NCBI GenBank assembly: GCA_038061755.1
Contig: JBBTYN010000004.1
Span: 3,198-67,197, forward strand
Direction: 5' to 3'
DNA length: 64,000 nt
Origin: Patescibacteria group bacterium
GTDB lineage: Bacteria > Patescibacteriota > Minisyncoccia > Phycocordibacterales > UBA9973
Shown here: piece by piece, positions 49,248 through 58,929 of the stretch
Numbering within the stretch: position 1 is the stretch's first letter
How the letters are laid out: each line of letters opens with the position of its first letter
The notes under the pieces: generated by a model
Database searches by the model: none
What the model was told of the DNA's origin: nothing
What the model saw: only the letters and a program-made list of their open reading frames with translations
Made by a program: the position numbers and the translations under genes

Positions 49248-50288
49248 ATGAGCGATTTGTATAAACAAGCTGGTGTAAACATAGAAGCTGGTAATGAAGT
49301 CGTAAGACGAATTAAAAAAAAAGTGGCAAGTACTCACACTAGTGCTGTACTTACAAATATCGGACACTTTGGCGGACTATATGATTTAGGAGAAATTATT
49401 AAAAATTACAAACATCCAATCTTAGTTCAAAGTATTGATGGCGTTGGGACAAAACTCTTGGTGGCTAAAATGGCTAACAAGTATGACTCTGTGGGTGAAG
49501 ATATCGTCGGACATAGTTGTGGAGACATTTTAGCAATGGGTGCACGACCTATTACATTTCTAGATTATGTCGCTAATGAAACGCTTATACCAGAAGAAAT
49601 GGAACAAATGGTTTCTGGTATGGTCAAAGCTTGCAAAGAAGCAGGAGTCGCAATTGTTGGTGGTGAAACCGCTGAAATGCCTGGAGTATATATGAAAGGT
49701 GAACATGATATTGCTGGATGCATTACTGGTATAGTTGAAAAAGATAAAATAATAACTGGGGAAAAAATTAAAGAAGGGGATATTTTACTAGGTCTCGCTT
49801 CTTCAGGACTGCATACAAATGGATTCTCTCTTGCTAGAAAATTAATTTTTGAAAAAGCAGGGCATACTATAGGTGAAAAAATTCCTGAACTTGATATGAC
49901 TGTAAGAGAAGCACTTTTACAAGTTCACACGAATTACACTAAGCCAATCTTAGAAATACTTGATTCCGACATTGAAATAAAAGGCATAGCACATATAACC
50001 GGCGGAGGATTTATTGAAAATATTCCACGAATACTTCCTAAAAATCTTGATGCAGAAATTAAAAAAAGGACATGGCCAATCCTTCCAATTTTTCCTTTTA
50101 TGCAAAAAATTGGAAATGTTAGTGAACAGGAAATGTATACCGCCTTTAATATGGGTATTGGAATGGTTTTAGTGTCTCCAGTATCAGAAAAAATAAAAAT
50201 CACAAAAATTTTTAAAAAGTATCCAGATTATAAAATCTATGAAATTGGTAAAATTATTAAAGGTTCAGGCAAAGTACAACTAAAATAA
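49248..50288 (+). CDS. purM: Phosphoribosylformylglycinamidine cyclo-ligase (AIR synthetase).
   Basis: PurM N-terminus YKQAGVNIEAGNE and core. Confidence 0.9.
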   Translation: MSDLYKQAGVNIEAGNEVVRRIKKKVASTHTSAVLTNIGHFGGLYDLGEIIKNYKHPILVQSIDGVGTKLLVAKMANKYDSVGEDIVGHSCGDILAMGARPITFLDYVANETLIPEEMEQMVSGMVKACKEAGVAIVGGETAEMPGVYMKGEHDIAGCITGIVEKDKIITGEKIKEGDILLGLASSGLHTNGFSLARKLIFEKAGHTIGEKIPELDMTVREALLQVHTNYTKPILEILDSDIEIKGIAHITGGGFIENIPRILPKNLDAEIKKRTWPILPIFPFMQKIGNVSEQEMYTAFNMGIGMVLVSPVSEKIKITKIFKKYPDYKIYEIGKIIKGSGKVQLK

Positions 50289-50295
50289 AATATTT

Positions 50296-51225
50296 ATGAA
50301 CATTTTAGAAAAAACAGATTTCAAAAACTTGGGAGAAAAATATACTGGTAAAGTGAGAGATGTATACAGCCAAAAAGATAAAGTTATTATGATTTCTACA
50401 GACCGATATTCAGCTTTTGACCGTAATTTAGCGTTAATATCGTGCAAGGGACAAGTATTAACCCAAGTCAGTAAATTTTGGTTTGAGAATACAAAAGATA
50501 TTGTAAAAAATCATGTCCTAGATTTTCCTGATCCAAATGTGGTGATAGGTAAAAAATGTAAAGTAATACCAATAGAATGGGTAGTACGCGGATACATCAC
50601 AGGAATTACAAGCACATCTCTTTGGACACATTACAAAGAAGGCAAGAGAAACTTTGGTAATTTTGTTTTAACTGAAGGACTTAAAAAAAATCAAAAACTA
50701 GCAGAAATAGTTTTTACTCCGACAACAAAAGATGAACACGATAGGCCGATAACTCCCAAAGAAATTGTGACTGAAGGAATTCTCCCGGAGGAGATGGTAA
50801 TAGAATTAGAAAGAATTGCAAAAACTTTATTTAAAAGAGGACAAGAAATAGCTCTTGCTCATGGATTAATTTTAGTAGATACAAAATATGAGTTTGGTTT
50901 AGATGAAAATAATGAAATAATTTTGATTGATGAAATTCATACCCCGGATTCTTCTAGGTATTGGCAAGCTGATTCATATCAAGCTAGAATAGACCAGGGT
51001 TTAGAGCCAGAGAATTTTGATAAAGAATTTTTACGTTTATGGTTTAAGGAAAATTGCGACCCATATAAAGATGAGATAATACCTGAGGCACCACACGAGT
51101 TAGTTCTTGAATTATCTAGAAGATATATTAAAATTTGTGAACAAATTACTGGAATTCCTTTTATGGTTGAAACTGGAGATATTTCCAAACGAATAGAAAA
51201 TAATTTAAAAAAATATGAAATCTAA
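50296..51225 (+). CDS. purC: SAICAR synthetase, long form (309 aa).
   Basis: GKVRDVY motif and a SAICAR synthetase fold, longer than the ~237-aa bacterial form. Confidence 0.85.
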   Translation: MNILEKTDFKNLGEKYTGKVRDVYSQKDKVIMISTDRYSAFDRNLALISCKGQVLTQVSKFWFENTKDIVKNHVLDFPDPNVVIGKKCKVIPIEWVVRGYITGITSTSLWTHYKEGKRNFGNFVLTEGLKKNQKLAEIVFTPTTKDEHDRPITPKEIVTEGILPEEMVIELERIAKTLFKRGQEIALAHGLILVDTKYEFGLDENNEIILIDEIHTPDSSRYWQADSYQARIDQGLEPENFDKEFLRLWFKENCDPYKDEIIPEAPHELVLELSRRYIKICEQITGIPFMVETGDISKRIENNLKKYEI

Positions 51226-52588
51226 AATTTTAGAAAACACAATAAATCCATTAGACGGAAGATATTTTGATAAAACTCGGGTACTTGTGCCATATTTTTC
51301 AGAAGAGGCATTAATGAAATATCGAATAAGGGTGGAAACAGAATACCTAATTGCTTTATCTGAAAAGAAAATACTTCGCAAATTTACGCCAAATGAAATA
51401 AAAATAATTAGAAATCTTTATGAAAAATTTAACGAAAACTCATACAGAAAAATAAAAAAAATAGAAGCAACAACCAACCATGATGTAAAAGCAGTTGAAT
51501 ATTTAATAAAAAAAGAACTTTCCAAAACATCTTTAAAAGACAGCATTGAGTGGGTACATTTTGCCCTCACTTCCGAGGATACGAACAATCTGGCTTATGC
51601 TTTGATTTTATCTGATTCCTTAGATCAAGTTATTATTCCAGAAATAAATAAAATAATTTCTGAATTAAATGGTCTTGCAAAAAAATACAAAAATTTACCA
51701 ATGCTTGCTCGAACCCATGGGCAACCAGCATCACCAACTACTTTTGGAAAAGAAATGAGAGTTTTCGGAGCTCGTATAGAAAAAAGAGTTACTGGTCTAA
51801 AAAGTATAAAAATACAAGCTAAATTAGATGGAGCAAGCGGAAACTGGAATGCTCATACAGTAGCTTATCTAAATATAAATTGGATTGAATTCAGTAAAAA
51901 ATTTATTGAAAATTTTAATAAAGATCGCTCACAAAAACTCGAAGCAAATTTAATTACCACTCAGATTGAATGTCACGATAGTTATGTCGCAGTTTTCGAT
52001 GCATTAAGAATGATAAACACAATTCTATTAAACTTCAATCAAGACATGTGGAGATATATTTCTGATAATTGGATAACTCAAAAAACAAAGGAAGGGGAGA
52101 TCGGTTCTTCAACCATGCCACACAAAATAAATCCGATTGATTTTGAAAATAGTGAAGGGAATCTCGGTCTCGCAAATGCATTTTTTGAATTTTTTGCTAG
52201 AAAATTACCAATCTCACGTCTTCAACGCGATCTTTCAGATTCTACTGTAGAACGCGCTTTTGGCACGGCTTTTGGGCATTCATATTTATCTTATGTTTCT
52301 CTCCTCAAAGGATTAAGTAAAATCAATATAAATGAAATAAAGATAAAAGAGGATTTAAACAATCATCCAGAAGTAATTACTGAAGCTATTCAAACCATCT
52401 TGCGACGCGAAGGTGTAGCTATGCCATATGAAAAATTAAAAGAATTAACCCAAGGGAAACAAATTACACTTCTTGATATTCATAATTTTATTAATACGCT
52501 TGATGTAAGTGAAAAAATAAAAAAAGAACTTAAAAAAATTACTCCGGAAAATTATACCGGCCTTGCTTCAAAACTTGCTTCAAAGTAA
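51215..52588 (+). CDS. purB: Adenylosuccinate lyase.
   Basis: Fumarase/ASL family with the signature region GSSTMPHKINP. Confidence 0.9.
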   Translation: MKSKILENTINPLDGRYFDKTRVLVPYFSEEALMKYRIRVETEYLIALSEKKILRKFTPNEIKIIRNLYEKFNENSYRKIKKIEATTNHDVKAVEYLIKKELSKTSLKDSIEWVHFALTSEDTNNLAYALILSDSLDQVIIPEINKIISELNGLAKKYKNLPMLARTHGQPASPTTFGKEMRVFGARIEKRVTGLKSIKIQAKLDGASGNWNAHTVAYLNINWIEFSKKFIENFNKDRSQKLEANLITTQIECHDSYVAVFDALRMINTILLNFNQDMWRYISDNWITQKTKEGEIGSSTMPHKINPIDFENSEGNLGLANAFFEFFARKLPISRLQRDLSDSTVERAFGTAFGHSYLSYVSLLKGLSKININEIKIKEDLNNHPEVITEAIQTILRREGVAMPYEKLKELTQGKQITLLDIHNFINTLDVSEKIKKELKKITPENYTGLASKLASK

Positions 52589-52597
52589 GATAAGTAA

Positions 52598-52858
52598 ATG
52601 ATATACAGAATTTTAACTTCTCTTTTACTTTTATTTTCTATACTTTTTATGCCTTTCTGGATATCTGTTATTTTAGCATTAGCAAGTATGATTTATTTCT
52701 CCGTCTTTTGGGAAGTGACTGTTTTATTTCTTTTATCAGATTTACTTTTTGGAGTAAAAGAAGCAAAATTTTCGGGTGCAGTTTTTATTTCTTTTGTTTT
52801 TTCCATAATAATTCTTTTAATAATAGAGATTATAAAAAAGAAAACGCGATTTCGTTAA
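52598..52858 (+). CDS. Small multi-TM membrane protein, possibly MreD-like given its position upstream of PBP2.
   Basis: 86 aa with three predicted TM helices. The call is from context only. Confidence 0.35.
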   Translation: MIYRILTSLLLLFSILFMPFWISVILALASMIYFSVFWEVTVLFLLSDLLFGVKEAKFSGAVFISFVFSIIILLIIEIIKKKTRFR

Positions 52859-52862
52859 ATCA

Positions 52863-54575
52863 ATGATAAAAAATAAATTAAAAAATAAAAATTCTTTTGT
52901 AGAACCCGACGAAATTTTTTTGGACTCAAAAAATTTACAAAATTTTGATCGCCAGCAATTTGAAGGACGAATAGAACGTCCCATCTCAAAAAAAACTATT
53001 TTAATGTTAAGTATTTTGTTTTTATTTTTTACAGGAATTTTTGGGATGCGTCTTTTTTATCTTCAAATACAAAAGGGAGAAATAAATTTTAACCGAAGTC
53101 AAAACAATATATTAGAAAAAACTATTATTTTTACGGATAGAGGGATAATTTACGATCGAAACAAAAAGGAATTAGTATGGAATAAAAAAGAAAATACAGA
53201 AACTGAATTCACCGTTGAAAACACAGCTCCAAACCCTCCCACTCGCGCATATTTATCACCAGGATTTTCACATCTTTTAGGCTACGTTAGCTATCCATCA
53301 AAAGATAGTACAGGAAATTATTGGCAAAGCGACTTTATAGGCAAAGACGGATTAGAAAAACAATATAATAACATATTAAAAGGTGAAAATGGAACAAAAA
53401 TAGTAGAAACAGATGCATTTGGAAAAATATATTCAGAAAATATTGTAAATACTCCAAAACAGGGAACTGATTTAATAACAACAATTGACGCACAATTACA
53501 GAAAGAACTATTTACCATTATTAAAAATCTGTCAGCAGATAGAACTTTTACCGGCGGGTCAGGAATAATAATGAATGCTATAAATGGAGAAATCATAACC
53601 ACTACAAGTTTTCCTGAATATAATTCGGAAGTTTTATCATTAGGAAAAGATGTATCAACAATTAATAACTACCTAACAGATAAAAAAAAAGTTTTTGTGG
53701 ATAAAAATATCTCAGGACTTTACACTCCAGGCTCAATCGTAAAACCTTTTTTTGCCTTAGGAGCTTTAGCAGAAGGGGTAATTGATCCATATAAAAAAAT
53801 CCTTTCAACGGGTTCCATTTCTATTCCAAATCCTTATTTTCTAGACCAAAAAACTGTTTTCAAAGACTGGCAAGTAAATGGTTGGACAAACATGATGGAG
53901 GCAATAGCAGTGTCTTCGGATATTTATTTTTATGAAATCGGAGGAGGATTTGAAAATCAAAAAGGACTTGGAATAACAAATATAGAAAAATATGCAAAAC
54001 TTTTTGGTTTTGGAGACAAAACTGGAATTGATTTACCAGATGAAAAAAAGGGGACAATACCAAACCCAGAATGGAAAGCTTTAAACTTTAAAAATGATCC
54101 TTGGCGCATCGGAGACACTTATCATACCGCCATTGGACAATACGGATTTCAAGTGACTCCGATAGAGATGGTTCGCGCGGTAGCAACTATCGCTAATAAA
54201 GGTAAAATATTAACTCCTCACTTAATATTAAATAACGTAGAAAAAGAAAATCAAAATACTATACTAAATTTAAATAAAGAATATTTTGATATAATTCATC
54301 AAGGGATGAGGTTAGCAGTAACTTCTGGAACTGCTGTATCACTAAACGTACCATACATACAAGTTGCCGCCAAGACTGGTACAGCACAAGTTAATTTGGC
54401 AAAAAATAAAGTGAACTCTTGGGTTATTGGTTTCTTTCCGTACCAAAATCCAAAATATGCTTTTGCAATAATGATGGAATCGGGACCATCCACTACCGGC
54501 AGTAGCGCAGCTACGTCAATTATGCGCCAACTTTTAGACTGGATGTCTGTAAATACTCCAGAATACTTTAAATAA
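52863..54575 (+). CDS. mrdA: Penicillin-binding protein 2-class transpeptidase (PBP2 or FtsI-like).
   Basis: SIVKPF (SxxK), SSD (SxD) and KTGTA motifs; N-terminal TM helix and dimerisation domain. Confidence 0.85.
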   Translation: MIKNKLKNKNSFVEPDEIFLDSKNLQNFDRQQFEGRIERPISKKTILMLSILFLFFTGIFGMRLFYLQIQKGEINFNRSQNNILEKTIIFTDRGIIYDRNKKELVWNKKENTETEFTVENTAPNPPTRAYLSPGFSHLLGYVSYPSKDSTGNYWQSDFIGKDGLEKQYNNILKGENGTKIVETDAFGKIYSENIVNTPKQGTDLITTIDAQLQKELFTIIKNLSADRTFTGGSGIIMNAINGEIITTTSFPEYNSEVLSLGKDVSTINNYLTDKKKVFVDKNISGLYTPGSIVKPFFALGALAEGVIDPYKKILSTGSISIPNPYFLDQKTVFKDWQVNGWTNMMEAIAVSSDIYFYEIGGGFENQKGLGITNIEKYAKLFGFGDKTGIDLPDEKKGTIPNPEWKALNFKNDPWRIGDTYHTAIGQYGFQVTPIEMVRAVATIANKGKILTPHLILNNVEKENQNTILNLNKEYFDIIHQGMRLAVTSGTAVSLNVPYIQVAAKTGTAQVNLAKNKVNSWVIGFFPYQNPKYAFAIMMESGPSTTGSSAATSIMRQLLDWMSVNTPEYFK

Positions 54576-54621
54576 CTTAATAAACTTGCATATGCCCGTA
54601 CTTTATTGATACAATATACTT

Positions 54622-54855
54622 ATGCAAAAAGCACGTATATTTTTATTTTTAGGCATTTGGATAACGGTGTTGCCATATTTAGGTTTTCCATATTCTTGGA
54701 AAGATATATTAACAACTCTTTCTGGACTTGGAATTATTTATATAAGTTTTATGTTATATAAAGAATTTAAAACAGAAGGAACAAAAAAAGAAAAAACTTT
54801 TGATAATTTTAGAGAAAATGATTTTAGAGAAGAATCTAAGAAAGAAGAAATATAA
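54622..54855 (+). CDS. Small two-TM membrane protein, hypothetical.
   Basis: 77-aa ORF with two hydrophobic helices and a charged tail. Confidence 0.35.
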   Translation: MQKARIFLFLGIWITVLPYLGFPYSWKDILTTLSGLGIIYISFMLYKEFKTEGTKKEKTFDNFRENDFREESKKEEI

Positions 54856-54866
54856 TATATAATCTT

Positions 54867-56096
54867 ATGCAAAATTTTTTAAAAACAAAACGTATTGCTA
54901 TTGTTTTTCTTTTTATTTCTTTGTTTTTTCTTACTTTTATTGTAGGTGTTTATACTGGCAACTCAAATCGACCTGAGATAGATAAAATCATAGGTATTTC
55001 TAATAAAGAAACACAAGTTATGACAAAGACAGACTTTTCTCCATTTTGGAAAGTTTGGAATACTATTAATGAGAAAAATCCATCTGCTAGTAAAATAACT
55101 GACCAAGATAAAGTATATGGAGCAATTGGAGGGCTTGTAAGCTCATTAAACGACCCATATAGCGTATTTTTCACACCAAACGAGACAAAGTCTTTTGAGG
55201 AAGAAATAGCTGGTAATTTTGATGGTATTGGTATGGAAGTTGGAATGAAGGATAAAATTCTTACTGTCATCGCTCCACTTAAAAATACTCCTGCCTATAG
55301 GGCAAATATTAAATCTGGTGATAAAATTCTAAAGATTGATACAATTGTTACTTCTGGATTAAATATTGAAAAAGCAATTAAATTGATACGAGGACCCAAA
55401 GGAACAACTGTCACACTCACAATTTTTAGAGAGGGAAGTCAGAAACCAGAAGAAATAAAAATCGTGCGAGATTCTATAAATATACCAACTCTAGATACAG
55501 AATTAAGAAAAGATGGAATTTTTGTGATTAAACTTTATAGTTTTTCTGCTAATTCTACTAATCTTTTCCGTAATGCGATGAAACAATTTGTAGAATCTGG
55601 AACTGATAAACTTTTGCTTGATTTGCGAGGAAATCCTGGTGGCTACCTGGATGCATCTGTGGATATAGCAAGCTGGTTCTTAAAAGAGGGAAAAATTGTA
55701 GTGACTGAAGACTACGGCAATAGTAAAACAGCAGAAATATTTAGAAGTAAGGGTTATAATATTTTTAATGAAAAATTAAAATTTATAATTTTAATTGATA
55801 GTGGTTCTGCCTCAGCTTCTGAAATTCTCGCAGGCGCAATGCGAGACAATGGGCGAGCAAAATTAGTAGGAAGTCAAAGTTTCGGTAAAGGATCAGTACA
55901 AGAAGTTATTAATGTAACTCCAGATACGATTTTGAAAATTACAGTAGCAAAATGGCTAACACCTAATGGAACTTCTATTTCTGAAAAAGGCCTAACTCCA
56001 GACTATCCTGTAGAAATTACTCAAAAAGATCTAGATGCAAAAATAGATCCACAATTAAATAAAGCCGTGCAATTATTACTAGCAACTAGAACCTAG
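54867..56096 (+). CDS. ctpA: Carboxy-terminal processing protease (S41 family).
   Basis: PDZ domain plus an S41 catalytic domain (GSASASEIL...K). Confidence 0.85.
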   Translation: MQNFLKTKRIAIVFLFISLFFLTFIVGVYTGNSNRPEIDKIIGISNKETQVMTKTDFSPFWKVWNTINEKNPSASKITDQDKVYGAIGGLVSSLNDPYSVFFTPNETKSFEEEIAGNFDGIGMEVGMKDKILTVIAPLKNTPAYRANIKSGDKILKIDTIVTSGLNIEKAIKLIRGPKGTTVTLTIFREGSQKPEEIKIVRDSINIPTLDTELRKDGIFVIKLYSFSANSTNLFRNAMKQFVESGTDKLLLDLRGNPGGYLDASVDIASWFLKEGKIVVTEDYGNSKTAEIFRSKGYNIFNEKLKFIILIDSGSASASEILAGAMRDNGRAKLVGSQSFGKGSVQEVINVTPDTILKITVAKWLTPNGTSISEKGLTPDYPVEITQKDLDAKIDPQLNKAVQLLLATRT

Positions 56097-56106
56097 CACC
56101 TAATTT

Positions 56107-56550
56107 ATGAAAGTAATATTTTTACAAGATGTACCAAGAGTTGGTAAAAGACATGCTGTAAAAGATGTTAATGATGGCTACGCCATGAATTTTCTAATTC
56201 CAAGAAAATTAGCTGAACTTGCAACATTAAAAGCAGTGGCAGAACTTGAAATTCAAAAAAAAGAAATTGTTATTGAAAGGGAAGTACAAGAGAGTTTACT
56301 CTTAAAAAATTTAGAAGAAATAAAAGGCAAAACTATCATTATAAAAGCTAAAGCGGATAAAAAAGGGCATTTGTTTTCTGGTATCAAAAATAAAGAAATA
56401 GTGGAAGAAATGAAAAAACAACATCACGCCGACATCAGCGAAGAATTTATTGTCTTAGAAAAACCGATTAAAGAAATAGGGGAGTTTGAAATCCCAATTT
56501 CCATAAAAGACAAAAAGTCTTCATTTAAGCTTATAGTGGAGAAAACTTAA
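56107..56550 (+). CDS. rplI: 50S ribosomal protein L9.
   Basis: [36 protein letters not shown]. Confidence 0.9.
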   Translation: MKVIFLQDVPRVGKRHAVKDVNDGYAMNFLIPRKLAELATLKAVAELEIQKKEIVIEREVQESLLLKNLEEIKGKTIIIKAKADKKGHLFSGIKNKEIVEEMKKQHHADISEEFIVLEKPIKEIGEFEIPISIKDKKSSFKLIVEKT

Positions 56551-56822
56551 ATTATTACATTTACTACTTTTTTGACAACCATATTGCCGTTGAAGGATGT
56601 TTTGCGTTTAGAGCCGAATTTGACTATGCCGTCTTTGAGTGCGAAAAGGGTATGATCCTTGCCTGTGGATACATTTGTACCAGCCATAATAGCCGTACCA
56701 CGCTGACGAACTATAATAGAGCCAGATTGAGCCTTCTGACCGCCAGAAAGCTTTATTCCAAGGTATTGTGGATTCGAATCTCTTAAGTTTTTCGCGGTTC
56801 CTCCCGCTTTTCTATGTGCCAT
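56547..56822 (-). CDS. rpmA: 50S ribosomal protein L27.
   Basis: [24 protein letters not shown]... Confidence 0.9.
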   Translation of the reverse strand: MAHRKAGGTAKNLRDSNPQYLGIKLSGGQKAQSGSIIVRQRGTAIMAGTNVSTGKDHTLFALKDGIVKFGSKRKTSFNGNMVVKKVVNVII

Positions 56823-56844
56823 AAAATATAGTATAATTTATTTT

Positions 56845-57225
56845 ATGGAAAAAATCAAGTCATTTATAGAGAGTGAGAAAGGGAAAGATATTTTGATAGT
56901 TCTCATTGTTATTTTGGTTGGTTTAGGATCATTTGAGCTAGGTAGGCTATCAAAAGAAAATGACTCGGGAAGCATAAAAATAGAATATCCGAATCAAGAT
57001 TTCAACCAAGAAGCCAGCACTATTTCAGCTATAAGTAATGTGCCAAAGACAGTCTTTGATACAAATTCATTTAGAAAAACTTTTTTCGCTTCAAGCAAGG
57101 GAACTAAATATTATACAATAAGCTGTTCTGCCGGTAAAACTATCAAACAAGAAAACAGAGTTTATTTTACAACAGGGGAGGAGGCGCAAGCGGCCGGGTA
57201 TACTCTTTCTAGCTCGTGTCAATAA
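56845..57225 (+). CDS. Membrane-anchored protein with a C-terminal Ada-like metal-binding domain.
   Basis: N-terminal TM helix. The C-terminus YYTISCSAGKTIKQENRVYFTTGEEAQAAGYTLSSSCQ resembles the Ada_Zn_binding pattern (YC...C...F.s..eA.aaGyrpC). Confidence 0.45.
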   Translation: MEKIKSFIESEKGKDILIVLIVILVGLGSFELGRLSKENDSGSIKIEYPNQDFNQEASTISAISNVPKTVFDTNSFRKTFFASSKGTKYYTISCSAGKTIKQENRVYFTTGEEAQAAGYTLSSSCQ

Positions 57226-57254
57226 AAATAATATTGTTTGTAGTATGGTAATAA

Positions 57255-58232
57255 TTATTTATTATCAAATTCCTTTCCTCCATGAAATTTTTCATGTATA
57301 TCTCTTAGTCCCTTATTTGTTACGTGAGTATAAATCTGTGTTGTGGCCACATTTTTATGACCTAAAAGCTCCTGCACGCTTCGTAAATCAGCTCCATGAC
57401 TCAAAAGATCAGTAGCATAACTATGGCGAAGTGTGTGAGGTGTTACTTTTTTTGAAATTCCTGCAAGCATTGCACATCTTGAAATCATCTTCTGTATTGA
57501 ACGGGGAGTAAGTCTATGATCATCATCTATATCTTTTCCGTGATAATTTATAAATAAAGGCTTCTGAATATCTGTTCTAGATGCTAGATAGATCCGAAGC
57601 CATAAAGCCGCACGAGGGGAAATAAAAATGGTTCGTATATGTTTTCCTTTTCCAACAATAGAAAGCTCAAAGGTGCGCTTCGGATTTTTATCTTTTAAAA
57701 ATGACATCTGGTCTACATTGATTGCTACCAATTCCGAAATACGCATACCGGATGAAAAAAACAGTTCCATAATTGTACGATCCCGAAGGCCAATAGAGGT
57801 TTTTATGTCAGGAATCTTTAACATCTCTTCAATGTCGCGGACTTCTAGAAAAGAAATAGTTTCGTCGGTTTTTTGCTTGGCTAATTTCACCTTAGAGGAA
57901 GATATTGTCTCTATGTCGCGGTCAGCGAGAAAGTCAAGAAGCGCACGTACTGCAATCAAGTAATAATTTTGAGATTTTTTACCTAAATATTCACCAGAAC
58001 GGGTTTTATAACTTCGAGCTAAATATAATCGATAATCCCAAATATGGTTTGCTGTTAAATCATGCGGGAGTAAATCTTCATTATTAGTTTTCTTTAGCCA
58101 ATCAATAAATAGTTTTAGATACTGTTTATAATTACGTTGTGTATTGCTAGATAATCCTTTTTCAATCTCACAGTAATCAAGAAAGGGAAGGATGTATTTG
58201 ACTATTGGTTGAATCGTTTTCTTTGTCTCCAT
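57255..58232 (-). CDS. xerC: Tyrosine recombinase XerC/XerD-like.
   Basis: R...HxxR...Y catalytic region (HTLRHSYATDLL...LGHKNVATTQIYTHV). I prefer ATG 58232 over the upstream GTG 58256. Confidence 0.8.
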   Translation of the reverse strand: METKKTIQPIVKYILPFLDYCEIEKGLSSNTQRNYKQYLKLFIDWLKKTNNEDLLPHDLTANHIWDYRLYLARSYKTRSGEYLGKKSQNYYLIAVRALLDFLADRDIETISSSKVKLAKQKTDETISFLEVRDIEEMLKIPDIKTSIGLRDRTIMELFFSSGMRISELVAINVDQMSFLKDKNPKRTFELSIVGKGKHIRTIFISPRAALWLRIYLASRTDIQKPLFINYHGKDIDDDHRLTPRSIQKMISRCAMLAGISKKVTPHTLRHSYATDLLSHGADLRSVQELLGHKNVATTQIYTHVTNKGLRDIHEKFHGGKEFDNK

Positions 58233-58261
58233 ATGATATAGTATAGTAGTTCGCACAATAT

Positions 58262-58291
58262 ATGTAAAGCGAATAACTATTCGCTTTACAT
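58262..58291. promoter_or_regulatory. Perfect 30-bp palindrome atgtaaagcgaata-ac-tattcgctttacat immediately upstream of xer; candidate operator or dif-like site.
   Basis: Seen directly. A second, imperfect hairpin lies at 58295..58331. Confidence 0.5.
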
Positions 58292-58395
58292 AACGCAGAT
58301 TTTACGACACCGAAGGTTCGTAATAATCTGCTCAAAGCGAACTTATCCACATATATAAATATATTCTATATATTAACAAGTCCCTTCCCAGATTA

Positions 58396-58725
58396 CTACT
58401 GAATTTTTAGATTATTAGCTGCATTATCAAAATCTGTGGGCTTTCCATCACGAATACGCTCCATGTTGGAAATAAAACCTTTCCAAAAAATATTTACCCA
58501 GACATCATTCCAGAGATACGAAGCCGGCTCCGCTAAATATGTAATCCATAAACTTTTAGTCCCCTCCTTGACATAATTTACATTTTCTTGGCCAGTCGGA
58601 CTATTAACAACAGATTTAATACTTATATTAAAATAACTAAGAATTAAAATAAGAATAATCCCAAAAACAAGAAATCCTAATATACTTATTCCATCTTGCT
58701 TGTTATTATTGTTTTTCATAAGCAT
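58396..58725 (-). CDS. Hypothetical membrane-anchored protein.
   Basis: 109 aa with an N-terminal TM helix (ISILGFLVFGIILILILSYF). Confidence 0.4.
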   Translation of the reverse strand: MLMKNNNNKQDGISILGFLVFGIILILILSYFNISIKSVVNSPTGQENVNYVKEGTKSLWITYLAEPASYLWNDVWVNIFWKGFISNMERIRDGKPTDFDNAANNLKIQ

Positions 58726-58728
58726 AAT

Positions 58729-58884
58729 TTATTTTAAAACACTTCCAAAAAACGATGAAAACCAATTGAAAACTCCAGAAATAGTTATCCCGAAATATTT
58801 CATTATAAGTAAAGCAACAATAATAAGAATTATAATTTGTAAAAAACCACTTTGTTTCCCACCACGGCAAGTAAAATTTTTCAT
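58729..58884 (-). CDS. Small membrane protein (51 aa), not in the ORF track. Likely co-transcribed with the 58396..58725 gene.
   Basis: ATG-initiated ORF MKNFTCRGGKQSGFLQIIILIIVALLIMKYFGITISGVFNWFSSFFGSVLK, ending 3 nt before the next gene's start. Confidence 0.3.
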   Translation of the reverse strand: MKNFTCRGGKQSGFLQIIILIIVALLIMKYFGITISGVFNWFSSFFGSVLK

Positions 58885-58929
58885 ACTTTTATTTTATCAC
58901 ATTAAATTTGATTAAGACAATGTTGTAAG

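Noticed and set aside
58700-58915. 71-aa plus-strand ORF.
   Set aside because: The opposite strand carries a cleaner ATG-initiated small membrane ORF (58729..58884) in operon arrangement with the next gene.
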